Made by a program: the position numbers and the translations under genes. 64,000 nucleotides of DNA, taken from contig NC_086108.1 of NCBI RefSeq assembly GCF_963921235.1, forward strand, positions 75,208,001-75,272,000, in the 5' to 3' direction. Below are positions 23,474 to 37,430 of this stretch, one piece after another. The stretch comes from Mobula hypostoma (Eukaryota). The notes below the pieces were generated by a model. The model searched no databases. It was not told where the DNA came from and worked only from the letters and a program-made list of their open reading frames with translations. Within the stretch, counting starts at the first letter, position 1, and every line of letters starts with the position of its first letter.

Positions 23474-24639
23474 TTTCCTCCTCATTTTCATTGACTACAG
23501 CTCTGCCTTTAATACCATCATTCCAAATAAACTGATTCCTAAGCTCTGGAACCTAGGCCTTAGCACTGTCTGCAGCTGGATCTTCAACCTCCTCACAGAC
23601 AGGACCCAGGCTGTAAAAATAGGGGACAAGCTCTCCTCTACAATCACGCTGAGCACCGGTGCCCCACAAGGCTGTGTACTCAGCCCCCTGCTGTACTCAT
23701 TGTACACCCATGGTTGTGTAGCCAAGTTTCCATCAAACTCAATATATAAGTTTGCTGATGACACAACAATTGTAGGCCATATCTCGGGTAATGATGAGCT
23801 TGAGTACAGAGGGGAAATTAAGAACCTGGTGGCATGGTGTGAAGACAATAACCTATCCCTCAACGTCAGCAAGACGAAGGAATTGGTTGTCGACTTCAGA
23901 AGGAGTAGCGGACCACATGACCAAATTTACACCGGTGGTGCGCAAGTGGAACAGGTCAAAAGCTTTAAGTTCCTCGGGGTCAATATCACAAGTGGCCTGA
24001 CATGCTCCAACCAAGCACAGTCCACTGCCAAGAAGGCCCACCAGCACCTTTACTTCCTGAGGAAGCTAAAGAAATTTGGCCTGTCCCCTAAAACCCTCAC
24101 TAATTTTTATAGATGCACCGTAGAAAGCATTCTTCTAGGGTGCATCACAACCTGGTATGGAAGTTGTCCTGTCCAAGATCGGAAGAAGCTGCAGAAGATC
24201 GTGAACACAGCCCAGCACATCACACAAACCAATCTTCTGTCCTTGGACTCACTTTACACTGTACGCTGTCAGAGCAGTGCTGCCAGGATAACTAAAGACA
24301 TGATCCACCCAGCCAACACACTTTTCGTCCCTCTTCCCTCCAGGAGAAGGCTCGGGAGCTTGAAGACTCATATGGCCAGATTTGGGAACAGCTTCTTTCC
24401 AACTGTCATAAGACTGCTGAATGGATCCTGACCCGGATCTGGGCATACCCTCCAAATATCTGGACCTGCCTCTCGTTTTCTTTGCACTATCTTACTTTCC
24501 CTTTTCTATTTTCTATTTATGATTTATAATTTAAATTTTTAGTATTTACTATCGATTTGTACTCCAGGGAGCGTGAAGTGCAGAATCAAATATCGCTGTG
24601 ATGATTGTACGCTCTAGTATCAATTGTTTGGAGATAATA
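23474..24639 (+). mobile_element. Young 5'-truncated Rex1/Babar LINE with open RT ORF (to 24431)
   Basis: [52 protein letters not shown] and [11 protein letters not shown]; 15-bp TSD aaataaagtaattaa (23459-23473 / 24640-24654). Confidence 0.92.
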
Positions 24640-26629
24640 AAATAAAGTAATTAAATCACCCAAAGAAATTATGAAGAATCTCACAATGAAGAACATGTGA
24701 AATTATATTATTGAAGTACACTGCTCAGTATAACAATGAAATAATGCTCGAAGGAACTGATGTAGTATCCTGAATGGTGTAAACCACAACAGAAATGAAT
24801 ACAGATATCATTTTGTCACTTAATTATTCCATTGTACTGAGAAAAAAAACAGCATGACAAGAATCTAATATTTAGGCCAAATTCTTTACTCAGCTTGCAG
24901 AAAGAGTTGTGCACTGAATTAATTGTTTTTCTTTTGGAGAGAGACAAAGCAGGAAAATCTGCAGGACCACCAGTTCGTTGACTGCTGAGGGGGGCCACAC
25001 AGAAATACAAACCCAAACCAGCTGTGGCATGGAACATGGTCAATAAGAGGTATTGGTGGAATTGTAAACTTTGCAAAGGAACGTGTTGACTGCAGAATTG
25101 TTCCCAACGTTTATTTCACTGCCAGACTATGCACAAGTCCGACTTGAACTCATTTGAAAAAGGCAGTTTGCAAATTTTAACATTTCTTCATATGTGGCCC
25201 TCTTCTATTTTCTGTTCAGTGTAGCGATCACAAGGAGCTGATGCTTTGAAGACCTTCCAAATAAAAAATGCCAAAAGGGCCAATTCTTTCCAGCTGCCTA
25301 ACCAGCTCTGGTGATCATTAAGTGAGCAAACTAATTCAAGCTAATATTTATGAAATGCACAATTTGAAATTGAGATCTCAGTAAAGGTTACACACGTTTT
25401 GATGTATAAATATATCAAAGAGAAGCTTTTGAATGAAACAATTGTTTAACTTATTCAAGGGGAGAGAAGAAAAAACCTCATTAATTTATACGTGCCTCTT
25501 TGTTTTTAAAGTAATAAAATCACAGATGCATTTGTTTATTGGTGAAAGCAGGGACAAGCCAATCTCTTCTATAGCCAGCCATTGGGATACAAAAGATACC
25601 GTGCACACAATGCATGGGATGACTCGGCCATTGGGTTTTCTCTCCTTAGTAGAAAATGCCTAGCTAGTGGTATGGACATCAGGAAATAAAAATTGATTGA
25701 TATTATTAATAAAATTGAGATTATTAACAGCAGGTGTCCCTTTCCTCACCAAGCTGGATGGTACCTTTCCAATTATCATGAATAATAATTAAATACATCA
25801 GCTAAAAATAGTAATTTTCAAAAGGGCATTTGATGCAGGTGATAAATTTGCAAGGCAGCGCGGAAAGAACAAGAAATTGTGATTAACTTAATGCCTCTTA
25901 TCAAAACTCATTACAATTATGATGTTTCAAACTACCCCCTTCGGTTCTGAATTATATGTCTATTTCATGATTCCATAGTTTGCTAAAGCAGGGCTTTTAA
26001 CACCATCTGGTGTTAATCAGATGTGCCATTGCATCTTAAAGTATCTTAAAAAGTCTTTGCGTGGCAAATTGCTGAGTGTACAAGCTAACGGGGCAGCAAA
26101 GAAAACAGGTCACCTGGAGTCCCAGTGAACAGGCCAAGCAACTGTGCATACCCATAACAAATCAGGTTGAAAGGCTATGAAATTAACAGCTCAACAACCA
26201 AGAAGGAATTAATGGGCTGGATTGTGCTTGACCTGGCCTGAGCCTTGAATTCATCACCCCACCACCCACACAATTCCATTTGCAGCCCCGCGGGTCCAAT
26301 TGAAATTGAGGCCTGACTGATGTGGCCATCCTGCAAAGTGGGGTGATGAGAGAGCAACAACTAGGCCCCAGCCTATAAACCGGCAGTCTGCTTTTGGACT
26401 ATCTAAATGAACTACCTGTTCTCAATTCTCTGATAGAGTTAAAATAAATAATTTTGAAAAACACAAGGCATGTTCCAAAAAGATACTGAAAAATGTACTT
26501 AATATATATAGATTATTGAGAACATTAACAATATTTAAAATACAGACATATTTAAACACTACTTTCACTTATTTATCCATCCAAGTCATAGAGTCCCTTC
26601 AGAGACCAAATAGTCTGGGACTTCTTTCC

Positions 26630-26980
26630 CCTGGTGTGTAGGAGGCTGAGGGGTGACCCTACAGAGGTTTATAAAGTCAACAGATAAGTGATCACCATCT
26701 TTTTCCCTGGGGTAGGGGAGTCTAAATCTAGAAGGCATAGGTTTAATGTCAGAGGTGAAAGATCCAAAAGGGATCTGAGGGGTAACTTTTTCCACACAGA
26801 AGGTGGTGGATATATGGAATGATCTGCCAGAAGAAGTGGTAGAGACCGGTACAATTATAATATTTAAAGGACATCTACACAGGTACACAAACTGAACTGG
26901 TTTGCAGGAAAATGGGCCAAATGCAGAGAAATGGATTTTGTTTGAGTAGATAACTTGGTCGGCATAGTTGAATGAGGCCA
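26630..26980 (+). mobile_element. CR1 3' fragment
   Basis: ggaggctgaggggtgacc...ttttccacacagaaggtggtggatatatggaat, typical of the CR1 ORF2 end. Confidence 0.75.
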
Positions 26981-27046
26981 TGCATTACACATTCACCATC
27001 ATTGACATAAAACTGAAGGTCCAGTTACAATGTGTATACAGGCTCT

Positions 27047-27818
27047 CATAAGAACATAAGAAATATGATTATGAAGACACGTAGTCCTCTTTTATTGTCA
27101 TTTAGTAATGCATGCATTAAGAAATGATACATTATTTCCTCCGGTGTGATATCACAAAACACAGGACAAACCAAGACTAAAAAAACTGACAAAACCACAT
27201 AATTATAACATATAGTTACAAACAGTGTAACAATACCATAACTTGATGAAGAAGTCCAGTAAAGTTCAAAAGTTTCTCAAATGTCCCACATCTCACGCAG
27301 ATGGGAGAAGGAAGAAAAACTCTCCCTGCCATGCCGACCACAATCCGACTCTGAGTCATCCGAAAACTTCGAACTCTGATCAGCTCTCTGACACTGACTA
27401 CTGAGCGCCATCTCTGTCCGAACGATTTGACCTCCTTCTCGATCGCCAAAAGCAGGCAAGGCCGGGGATTTTCCCAGAGGGTGGTGAATCTGTGGAATTC
27501 TCTGCCCAATGAAATAAGAGCAGGAGTAGGCCGTCTGGCCTGTTGAGCCTGCTCCGCTATTCAATAAGATTATGGCTGATGTGGCCATGGACTCATCTCC
27601 ACCTACCTGCCTTTTCCCTTTTCCCCATAACCCTTAATTCCCCAACCATGCAAAAATCTATCCAATCTTGTCTTAACTATATTTACAGGGGTAGCCTCCA
27701 CTGTTTCATTGGGCAGAGAATTCCACAGATTCACCACCCTCTGGGAAAAGCAATTCCTCCTCATCTCCGTCCTAAATCTACTCCCCCAAATCTTGAGGCT
27801 ATGTCCCCTAATTCTAGT
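27047..27818 (-). mobile_element. CR1 3' fragment (ttcttatg tail) interrupted by a non-LTR 3' fragment at ~27066-27510
   Basis: cataagaacataagaaata at 27047 resumes as gaaataagagcaggagtaggcc at 27511. Confidence 0.75.
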
Positions 27819-29564
27819 TCTTTCAGCTCAGAACAAGGACAGTGCCTCATCCAGTGACAGAGCAGAAGGTCAAATGGGCCAGCTTCTGCACTTCAGTGCA
27901 CAGATGTACAAGTAAAAGATGTGCTGATATCACGACACATGCCAGCGATAATAATCCAGATTCTGGTTCTGAATATCAGAGGGTGGATAGGTGATACTCC
28001 TCAAAGGAACTGCCATCCAGTTGGCATTTGGTCCTGTCTATTATGAGTGAGGTCAATAACAAAACCAGGCAAAGCAAGAAGAATGACAGACTAAATCTAC
28101 TGAGATACAGAAAAAAATAAACATGTAATTTCCAAATTTTAGTATCTATGACAACAATTGAAACTGAAAGGAAACTGAAAGAAACCCACCACCTCAACTC
28201 TTTTTTTTGTCAAAAAGTTAATTGGCAGAATTTAATACCTCATTGTGAAATATGTACTTGAACTTAAATACACAAATCTTAACTTTCTGTGTTAAATTCA
28301 GTCTGGATTTAGCATGCAAAATTTATAACTTTCAATCTGCCCGATGGGCCAGTTGGCCAGTTTTGTGAAAATAAAGGAGGAGTTTGTGATAATGAGACAA
28401 TTGCTTGTCTCCTGAAGTCACAGCGGAATTTCCACTAAAATAATGGTGAGCACCATTAGACTAACTATCACCTTGACAGCATCGTTTGGGTCACAATATG
28501 GAAGTCCTACACTTAATGCTGTTACCATCTTTCCAATTCATAACATTTGACGTTCAAACATCCAAAGATTGCTTCAGTATCATCTCCACACAGATTGACT
28601 GTATTTCTACATACTTAGGTTCATCAATCATCCCTCATTTCTTCTTTGTTGTACAGTTTAACTCACAAGATTTAATTCTAGTCAATGCCTTGGCACAATT
28701 ATGTGAGTCACCTTCATAAAATATTTCCTTAATGCCGAGTGAAATGAGCTGTTGTAATATGAGGCTTTGTATTTCCATGCTATCCCTTTGATTTGTTCCC
28801 AATGGAAATAACAAGAGACTTTAATTGTAAACCAGTTCCGCCACTTGGCCCTGAAATCAAGAATCACACCTTTCCGGGTAAAAGAACAAACTGGAAAGAA
28901 CGATAATTGCAAACCTAAAAATGCACAAAAATTAAAGAAGTATACTATCTGGTGGTACGCAAACAGAAGTTTTTCACTGTATCTCAGTACATATGGCAAT
29001 AATAAACCACTACCAATTGACACTGTTTTTATTTAATTTATCCCATTATTCTCATTCAAGTGTTTTATCCTCCTCTCCATTATATTTAAACTATAACAAT
29101 TGCAGACAACTCGCACATATCCATTAATGTTCTTTTACTACTCATTTCAAATAAAAGAAAATACTTTTCATTCAGCTGCTCCTACATACAGATTGGCAAT
29201 TCAGCAGAGTTCTTGCACTGAACTATTGAATTGTCTATTGGCTTTTACTGAGATAATCAAATCAAAAAGATGTGAATTTGTCCAAATGGTAAATGTGAAT
29301 GTAGTTTTATACAAGTTTACCTCTTGATTACCTTTAGCAAGCATTTTCTTACTGTCATATTGCTGCAGATAGCTTAAAATTAACTGCAAAGTTTTGTTGA
29401 TATAACCTTAATTGAGGCAGATTTTCATCTGCTTCATCATTGGCTCAACAACTACATTGAGTTTGTCTCTCTATTCAGCTGAATTATTGATGACTATGGG
29501 AGCACAAAAGAACAGGCAAACTGAGCAGAGAGCTTTCCTTAATGAAAAGCAATTACACCTCAAA

Positions 29565-30980
29565 ATCGGAATCAGACTCTGGTTTAATATCACCAGCATA
29601 TGCTGTGAAATTTGTTGACTTTGTTGACTTACATATATATATATATAATAGTCAAATTAAATAAGTAGTGCAAAAATAGAAATAAAATGTAGTGAGGTAG
29701 TGTTCATGGGTTCAATGTCCATTCAGAAATAGGATGGCAGAGGAGAAGAGGCTGTTCCTGAATCATTGAGTGGGTGCCTTCACACTTCTGTACCTCCTTC
29801 CTGATGGTAACGGTGAGAACATGGCATGACCTGCGTGATGGGTGCCCTTAAAGACGGACTCCACCTTTTTGAGGCATCACTCCTTGAAGATGTCCTGGAT
29901 ACTACAGAGGCTATTGCATATGATGGAGCTGACTAAGTTTACAACTCTCTACAGCGTACTTCGATCCTGTGCATTAGCCACTGCATCACCCCACCCCCCG
30001 CCACCCCCAGTACCAGGTGGTGATGCAGCCAGTTAGAATGCTCTCCACAATACATCTGTAGTAATTTTCAAGTGGTTTTGATGATACTAAATCTTTTCAA
30101 ACTCCTGATGAAATAAAGCCACTTTTGTACCTTCTTTGAAGCTGAATTGATATGTTGGGTCCAGGTGAGATCCTCCGAGATATTGACACACAGGAACATG
30201 AAATTGCACATTCTTTTCACTTCTGATCCCTCTATGAGGACTGGTGTGTGTTCCCTTGTATTACCCTTTCTGAAGTCCTCAATGAATTCTTTGGTATTAC
30301 TGACATTGAGTGGAAGGTTGTTGCTGCAGCACCATTCTACTAGCTAACATATCTCAGTACTGTACGCCCTCTCGTCACCGTCTGAAATTTTGTGAGCAAT
30401 GGTTGTATCATCAGCAAATTTATAGACGGCATTTGAGCTGTGCCTAGCCACAAAATCATGGGCATCGAGAGAGTATAGCAGTGGGCTAAACACACAACCT
30501 TGAGGTGCACCAGTCTTGATTGTCAGCAAGAAGGATATGTTGTTCCTGATCCACACAGATTGTGATCTTCCGGTTAGGGAGTCGAGGGTCCAGTTGCAAA
30601 GGGAGGTACAGAGGTCCAGGTTCTGGAGCTTTTTGATCTGAACTGTAGGAATGATTGTGTTAAATGTTAAGCTGTAGTCAATAAACAACCTAACACAGCC
30701 TAACAGTCCTAAACAGATGTTTTTATTGTCCAGATGATCCTGGACAATATAATAGTTACATTCAGTGTCTAGGAAGCTTACTTCAAGAATATGTTCAAAT
30801 ACATCATCTTCCTTCCTGTGTTATTGGTGTGAAGAGCCAATGAGTTCCAATCCACTGTAGACCTATTGTGGCGATAGGCAAATTGCAGTGGGTCTAGGTT
30901 CTTGCCGAGACAGGAGTTAATTCTAGCCATAACCAACCTCTCAAAGCACTTCATCACAGCTGATGCAAGTGTTACTGGAT
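29565..30980 (-). mobile_element. Degraded Rex1/Babar LINE
   Basis: ORF 30344-30688: [13 protein letters not shown]...[23 protein letters not shown]. Confidence 0.85.
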
Positions 30981-32959
30981 GGACTTTCTCTTAAGAAACA
31001 AACTTATATGCTTATTATATTTAATTAAAGCTAACTGTTTCAACATGCTGTATGATCTTTTTCTTTATTTTTCTGAATGCAAGGCACTTAAATGTTAAAA
31101 TTCTTTTCTGTGATGTAGTCCCAGTATCCATCATTTCCTATATAAATCTATAGCGAATTTCCTATATATTGTGCATTATACATAACCACGTTTTCCTGTA
31201 TATCGTGTTTGATTGTTTTTTTAATCCCAATCCAAATTGATCTCCGCACCTTAATTATGTCAGAAGCCTTACACATTCAACCCTATTCAGAAGCAAATTA
31301 TTATAGTGTAAATATTTAAAAGAAATCTGAAACTTCTGATGCTATAACAAAATTCCACAGAAATCCCATCCTATCAGAGGCACTAATGAGGGAGGCAATG
31401 GTACTAAAACCGTTTCCCAGCTTCCAGTGTTTTATATTTCTGAAGCCATGCCTTTAGGGTGATTGGGGCATTCAAAATGATTACCATGTTAGGTTATGAA
31501 TTAGCAAGTCCTATCCTTTTAACACATAAAGGCCAGAGGGAATTCCTCATTAAGCAATCCCTATAAGAGAGCACTGAGAAATGCTTTCCTAGACTACAGT
31601 GGACAGGTTTTTGCATTTGCATGACCCTCAGAGCAATGTCATCAGGCGTCCTAAATTTCTTAAAGGCTGTGTGGCAGAATGTGCCTACTTGAAGACCTGC
31701 CATGTTTCTGTCGCAATACTACCCCATATCTCATGTAATAAACTGCAATGTATGCAGAGTAATACATTGAAAATCCAGAAAACTATATGATGCATTTAGG
31801 GTTATTGACTCCTCCTTCAGCTCACACACAGACAGTAAAACACATGTGAACAAATATCTTAGAGTGATGCTGGATTTGCATGCATAAACTACACTGCTTC
31901 TCCCTTTGATTAGATTTTCAATTCCCTTTGACCTTTGTAACTGCACTGATCTTGCTCTTGTCGATTTCCAATATAACATACTCAACAGATGTTGATGCAG
32001 CTTTTACTTTTATCCAGAAAGCTTATTTCAAGATTATGTTCAGACACATACTCATCCGTACTCTTTTATTGGGTATGATACAAAGTGATATGAAATGAGC
32101 AATTGACGTAAGAAACTTTCAGTTCGTCTTGTGAGTGAATCCTTGAAAACGTATATGGAGTCATAGAGTCGTAGAAAAGTACAGTACAGAAACGGGCTCT
32201 TCTGCCCATCTAGTCCATGCGGACACCATTTAAATTGCACACTCCCATTGACCATGGTCCACAGTCTGTCTGATATTCCACATTTAGATCCCTGACCACC
32301 TGGTCATAACTACACATTAATTTATTATGCAATCTGAGCCGCTTTCCTTAATCATGTGGGCCATGAGATTTGCTTTTCTTATACCTTTCACTTTTAGCCT
32401 CAGTCAAACCCACACATGCCCTCAGTTTTCTGTGCACCAAAACTCCTGCAGAATTGAATCCCATCACAGAATGCAGTGATAATCCGCAGCTCAGAAGAAA
32501 ATCAGTGAGTCTGTCTTTAATTCCACAAACTATTCAAATTGAAATAACACAAATTGTTGGCCATTATATTCTCTAGAAACCTATGTGTCAGGGAATGGAA
32601 CCAAGTTCCTCTGTAGAGCATTAAATGGTGGTGCATGACCTCTTAATACGTTTTGAATTACTGTCCCCAGATGCCAGGAAGCTTCTTCCAGTAGTTTATA
32701 TGCATATAATGGAATGTTTGTTTAGAAAGGATCTCATATCACCACGCTCAAGGAGAGCTTCTATCCTAATGTTATAAAAGTCTTGAACAGACCTCTTATG
32801 CACCAAAGATGCACTTTTGATCTCTCAACCTATCTGTCATGGTCCTTGCATTTTATTTTGTCTATCAGCACTGTACTCTCTTTGTCACTGTAACAAAATA
32901 TCCTGCATTCTGACTTTATTTTCCTTTTGTACTAGACCAACATCTTGTAAGAGTTGTAC

Positions 32960-34060
32960 ATGGGATTGAGGAGGGTGCGTTTGGAACATTGTGTTCTGTT
33001 TTGGTCATCAGAAATAGGAAACATGCCAGTAACCTGGACAAATTGCAGAGGAGACTCACAAGGATGTTGCCAGGACTTGAGGGTCTAAACATTGATAGAG
33101 ACTGAGCAGGTTGTGACATTATTCACTGGAGTACAGAAGAATGTGGGATGATCTTATAGAGGTGTGAAATTAAGAAAGGTACAGATTGAGTGAATACGCA
33201 AGGTTGGGATCAAAAATTAGAGAACATAGGTTTAAGATGAGGGGAAGAGATTTAATAGGAATCTAAAATGGCAATTCTTTCCCCAGAAGGTGGTCAGAAT
33301 ATGGAATGAATTTCCAGAGGAAGTGGTTGACACTGGTATATTCACAATATTTTAAAGGTACTTGGACATGTAGATGGATAGAAAAGGATCAAAGGGACAC
33401 ACAGTAAGTCAGAGGTAAATGGGACTAGCAGATGGGTATCTTGGTTGGCATGGACTAATTCATGCCTTTATATTGAATATTCTAGAATACCGCAATGTAC
33501 TTTTTACTGGCTTCCATAGCAATCTATTGACAACAAAGAATCATTTATGTTTTATAATCCCGCTCAAGCTCGAAGGTCTTCCTCTGCCTGTCTCTTAGAT
33601 TCAAACACTCTCTCTCAAAAGATAATTGGCAGGTCAGCTTTTTTGAACCACGCTCCTATACTGTTGAATTCGATACCTAAAACTATGAGGGACTATGGTG
33701 TCCTCAGTTGACACTTTTAAAAACCAGTTCAAAAACTATTTATTTAAGCTTGCTTTTAACTACCATCTTTTTTTTTATTTTAATGCTTATTTTTATTTTT
33801 ATTTTTTATTTTATTTTTGTGTTTATACTTTTACCTGATTGTAAAGCACTTTGCATTACATTGTATGAAAAGTGCACTATACATAAGGGGGAGGGAACGT
33901 CGACTCAGACATGAGAGGCCTGCGTCGGGGATTTTCATGCCTTACAAGGCGCAGATTGGAAGTCTGTGTGGGGTGCCACACCATTATACATAAAGTTATT
34001 ATTATTATTATTGATATTATTAATTGGGCTGAAGGGTCAGTTTCCGTACTGTATGACTCT
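32960..34060 (+). mobile_element. Old CR1 3' part interrupted by an L2 fragment
   Basis: The CR1 stops at ggcatggactaatt (33460) and resumes at taattgggctgaaggg (34021). Confidence 0.7.
33461..34020 (+). mobile_element. L2-type LINE 3' end containing a 98-bp insert (33887-33984)
   Basis: L2-like tail tgtaaagcactttg...tgaaaagtgcactata..taaa followed by (TTA)n; the insert is flanked by tatacataa repeats. Confidence 0.6.
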
Positions 34061-35869
34061 ATTACTTTAATGTTCTTATGTATGGAGTGAACTGTCTGGA
34101 TGGCAGAGGAAGCAAAATTTTTCGCTGTATCTTAGTAATAAGCCAATTACCAATTAATATTGACCCATGCTAAGACAACATCAAAATCTGTTGACATTTT
34201 CAAGTTTATGGTCTTCACAAAAGTCTTAATCTTTATGTGGACTGGTTGCAGACAATATGTATCTACCTTACAGGCCAAAACAAATACTTGCTTCGGTACA
34301 GTTTACTTTTCTGATGCTTCTTCAATACATTTTCATATATTCCAGGATTCTCCTCTGTGGCAGTTGCAACCAAAATTTCTCCTTGGATGCAGAGACAGCA
34401 TCCAACTTCCTTTAGCATCCTGACAATGGTGCCTTGAGGTATTTTGGGTGGTGACTTCACACTTTAAGAGAGTTGGTATTTCAATAAAGTGTGGCTTTCT
34501 TTGTCTGCACTTAGTTATGCATAGCATGAGATAGATCAAGCTTGGTAAAGAATTTGGCTCATGCAAAATCAGCAGGAAGATCACGCAATGTGGGCATGGT
34601 GCATCGCTCATCGTCTACAGCTTAGTTTAGGACTACCTTATAGTCTTTTCACAGGCTGGCTGTTGCCTAAGCACTCTGCGAAGGTTTGACAAATATATCA
34701 CATTGTATGAAATTCTTCACTCCTTCCTTAACTTCAGCGTACATCTATAAGTTCAGGCCTGCGATAATCTTTTGACATTATGCTCTTTGCTTCTTTGGAC
34801 AACTTGTTCCGGTAAAAGAGCTGCAACAGTGAATTTTTGAAAGAAGTTTTCTAAGTGTTATCCAGGAGATAATTTCTTGCTTTTGGATTCCAATTGAAAT
34901 AAAACATGGAAGATCCAAAGATCCTGACAATGTGAGAGACCAGAAGAACCCCAGTTAAATTTCAGCTGAGAAATTTGTTCCTTTTTCCCCTCCTTTTCTG
35001 AGCGTTAAGAAAGAGGGCAAAGAAGACTAATGTTGTGACATAACATTTTATATGTTAGAGAAAAATATTGCAGGCATGGTTCTTGCTTAACTTTTATAGT
35101 GACACTCTAACAGGAGAATATATTTTTATCCAATTACCAAAAAGTGAAACTAATGGAATAAAGAGGTTGCTGGCACTATAACACTTAGATCTATTAAAAA
35201 TTATTTTATGCCCCTGACTTTAAGTCTTGGGTTTCATGATCTGGTTGGTCCCCTACAGATATATTTCAAAAACAAAGTATGACTTCAGTTAGCTATTTTA
35301 AAAGATATCAACAAAACAGAAATGAGATAGAGAGGTACAGTGCAAAATAGCCTCGGGTAACTTGAATCAATCCATATGTTTGAGAGATAATGGAATACAT
35401 TAAGTACAGATGGAATTAAAAAATCTATTAAAGGAAGCACAAAATTTAACTGGTGCCTTACGTTTTGGAGAGTGCCTTCTCTGAACGAAACAAAGTAACC
35501 AAGATTGTATCTGGACAGGAAATCTGAGTTGCAATTTGATTCAAGTTGGATAATACGTCAATCAGATGTACAGGAGGAAAACTGAACCATTTGTAATGGT
35601 GTCAAGGGAAGACGGAGGAAGATCCCACCAAAGGAACAGATCTACTCATGTTAGGAGGTAATTAGTGTCAAAAAGCAGCAAATTTGTCAAACAGTAATAG
35701 CCACTTACCTTTCTAAAATATCTTAAGCTAATTAGAACCATACCTCAGAGTATCTTTGAGCACTTGGAGGAAAGTCATGCAGTCATGGGGAAAATGTACA
35801 AACTCCTTACAGACAGTGGCAGAAATGAAACTGGGTTGCTGACGCTGCTTCACGGTAGCATTTAGTGAT

Positions 35870-36175
35870 AGCTTAGGAACAGTTTAGTGATAGGGCGAGT
35901 GAAATTGAGTGAGGTTATCCTCTCTGGTTCAATATCCTGATGGTTGAGGGATAAAAACTGTTCCTGAACCTGGTGTTGGGGGTCCTGGAGCTTCTGTACC
36001 TTCTTCCTGATGGCAGCAGCTAGACGAGAGCATAGCTTGAATAGTGAAGATTCTTGATGATGAATACTGCTTTCCTGTGATGGTGCTCCAGGTAGATGTG
36101 CTCAGTGGTGGAGAAGGCTTTAGCTGTGATGGACTGGGCCATATCCACTACTTTTTGTAGGCTTTTCCATTCAAT
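35870..36175 (-). mobile_element. Rex1/Babar-type fragment
   Basis: aaaactgttcctgaacctgg...cttctgtaccttcttcctgatggcag matches 29750-29830. Confidence 0.6.
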
Positions 36176-36899
36176 ATGGAACCCAATTTATGGTGCCATG
36201 AAGTAGCAGGTCTACTAGCTGTGCTTCTGTACTGCTGTGTAAAGATTATTATTTTTATCATTCTGAATTTAACCTGGTGTTCTTTCTAATCTGAAAATAT
36301 GCTGGAATGGAGCATCCTTCCCTTGACCATTGGATCTTTGGCCTATCCCAAGTTCTGGTCATAAACTGGATCAGTCTTGTATTTATAGTAAGGTATGTTG
36401 TTTTTTGTGAGTTTGTATTTTAAAGCAAGATTTTGGTGAGTGATGTTTGCCAGTTGATTGTGCCTGTGTAAGTAACCAGATTGAGCTAAACTGCTACAGG
36501 ATTTTGTAAAGTGTTAGATTGTTTTGAGTTTTTCTTGGCATTTTCTGCACCTGTCATCTTTGCTGGACATTTATTGTGTATTTTTGATAATTTTTTTTGT
36601 GCTAATCATCTGATCCTGTACCCCCACAAGGAACTTCTCTGTATCTGGGAAGAGGTCTCCAACTCTGAGCCAGCCATTCGATGCTTCCTTGTTGGTATTT
36701 AGTATGCTCCGATTGTGGGGGTGTCTTCCATGAAGGGTCTTTCTCTTCCTTTTTCTTCTGTAGCGATAACATCTTCATTTTACCGTATTGTGCTTTCGTA
36801 TAAATTTAGTGATGTGTATATCTTACCAGAATCGTATATGATCACATGGCGTGCTGAATCCAATTTTCATTGATGAAAATATATCCTTAGAAGTTTTAT

Positions 36900-37430
36900 T
36901 TGCCTTTTGTGTAAATTCTTTATGTATGTTATTCCTCTTCCTCCTTCTGTTATTATTATTATTATTATTTTGTATTTGCACAGTTTGTTGTCTTTTGCAC
37001 ATTGATTGTACATCCATCCTGTTGGGAATGGTCTTTCATTGATTCTATTGTATTTCTTGTATTTACTGTGAATGCCTCCCCGCATAAAAATGAATCTGAG
37101 GGCTGTATGTAAATGGTGACATATATGCACTTTGATAATAAATTTATTTTGAACTTTGAACTTTGACCTATGGTGCTGTCTGTGTGGAATTTGCATATTC
37201 TCCCTCTGAACACATGAGTTCCTTCCGATTGGTCAAGTTTGCTCCCACATCCCAAAGATATGAGCATTGGTTAATTAATTGGATATTGTAAATTGTCCCT
37301 AGTGTGAAGGTGGATGGTACAATCTGGCGGGAGTTGATGAGAATAAAAAAGGATCAATATAGGATAGGTGGTTGGTGGTCAGCAGTACGTAGTGGGTCAA
37401 AACATTTGCTTTCCTGCTTTATTGCTCCAT
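36900..37430 (+). mobile_element. LINE 3' UTR with (TTTGAAC)n tail followed by a SINE fragment
   Basis: Similar to the reverse complement of 58150-58400; then tgtgtggaatttgcatattctcc...ctcccacatcccaaaga (SINE core). Confidence 0.6.
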
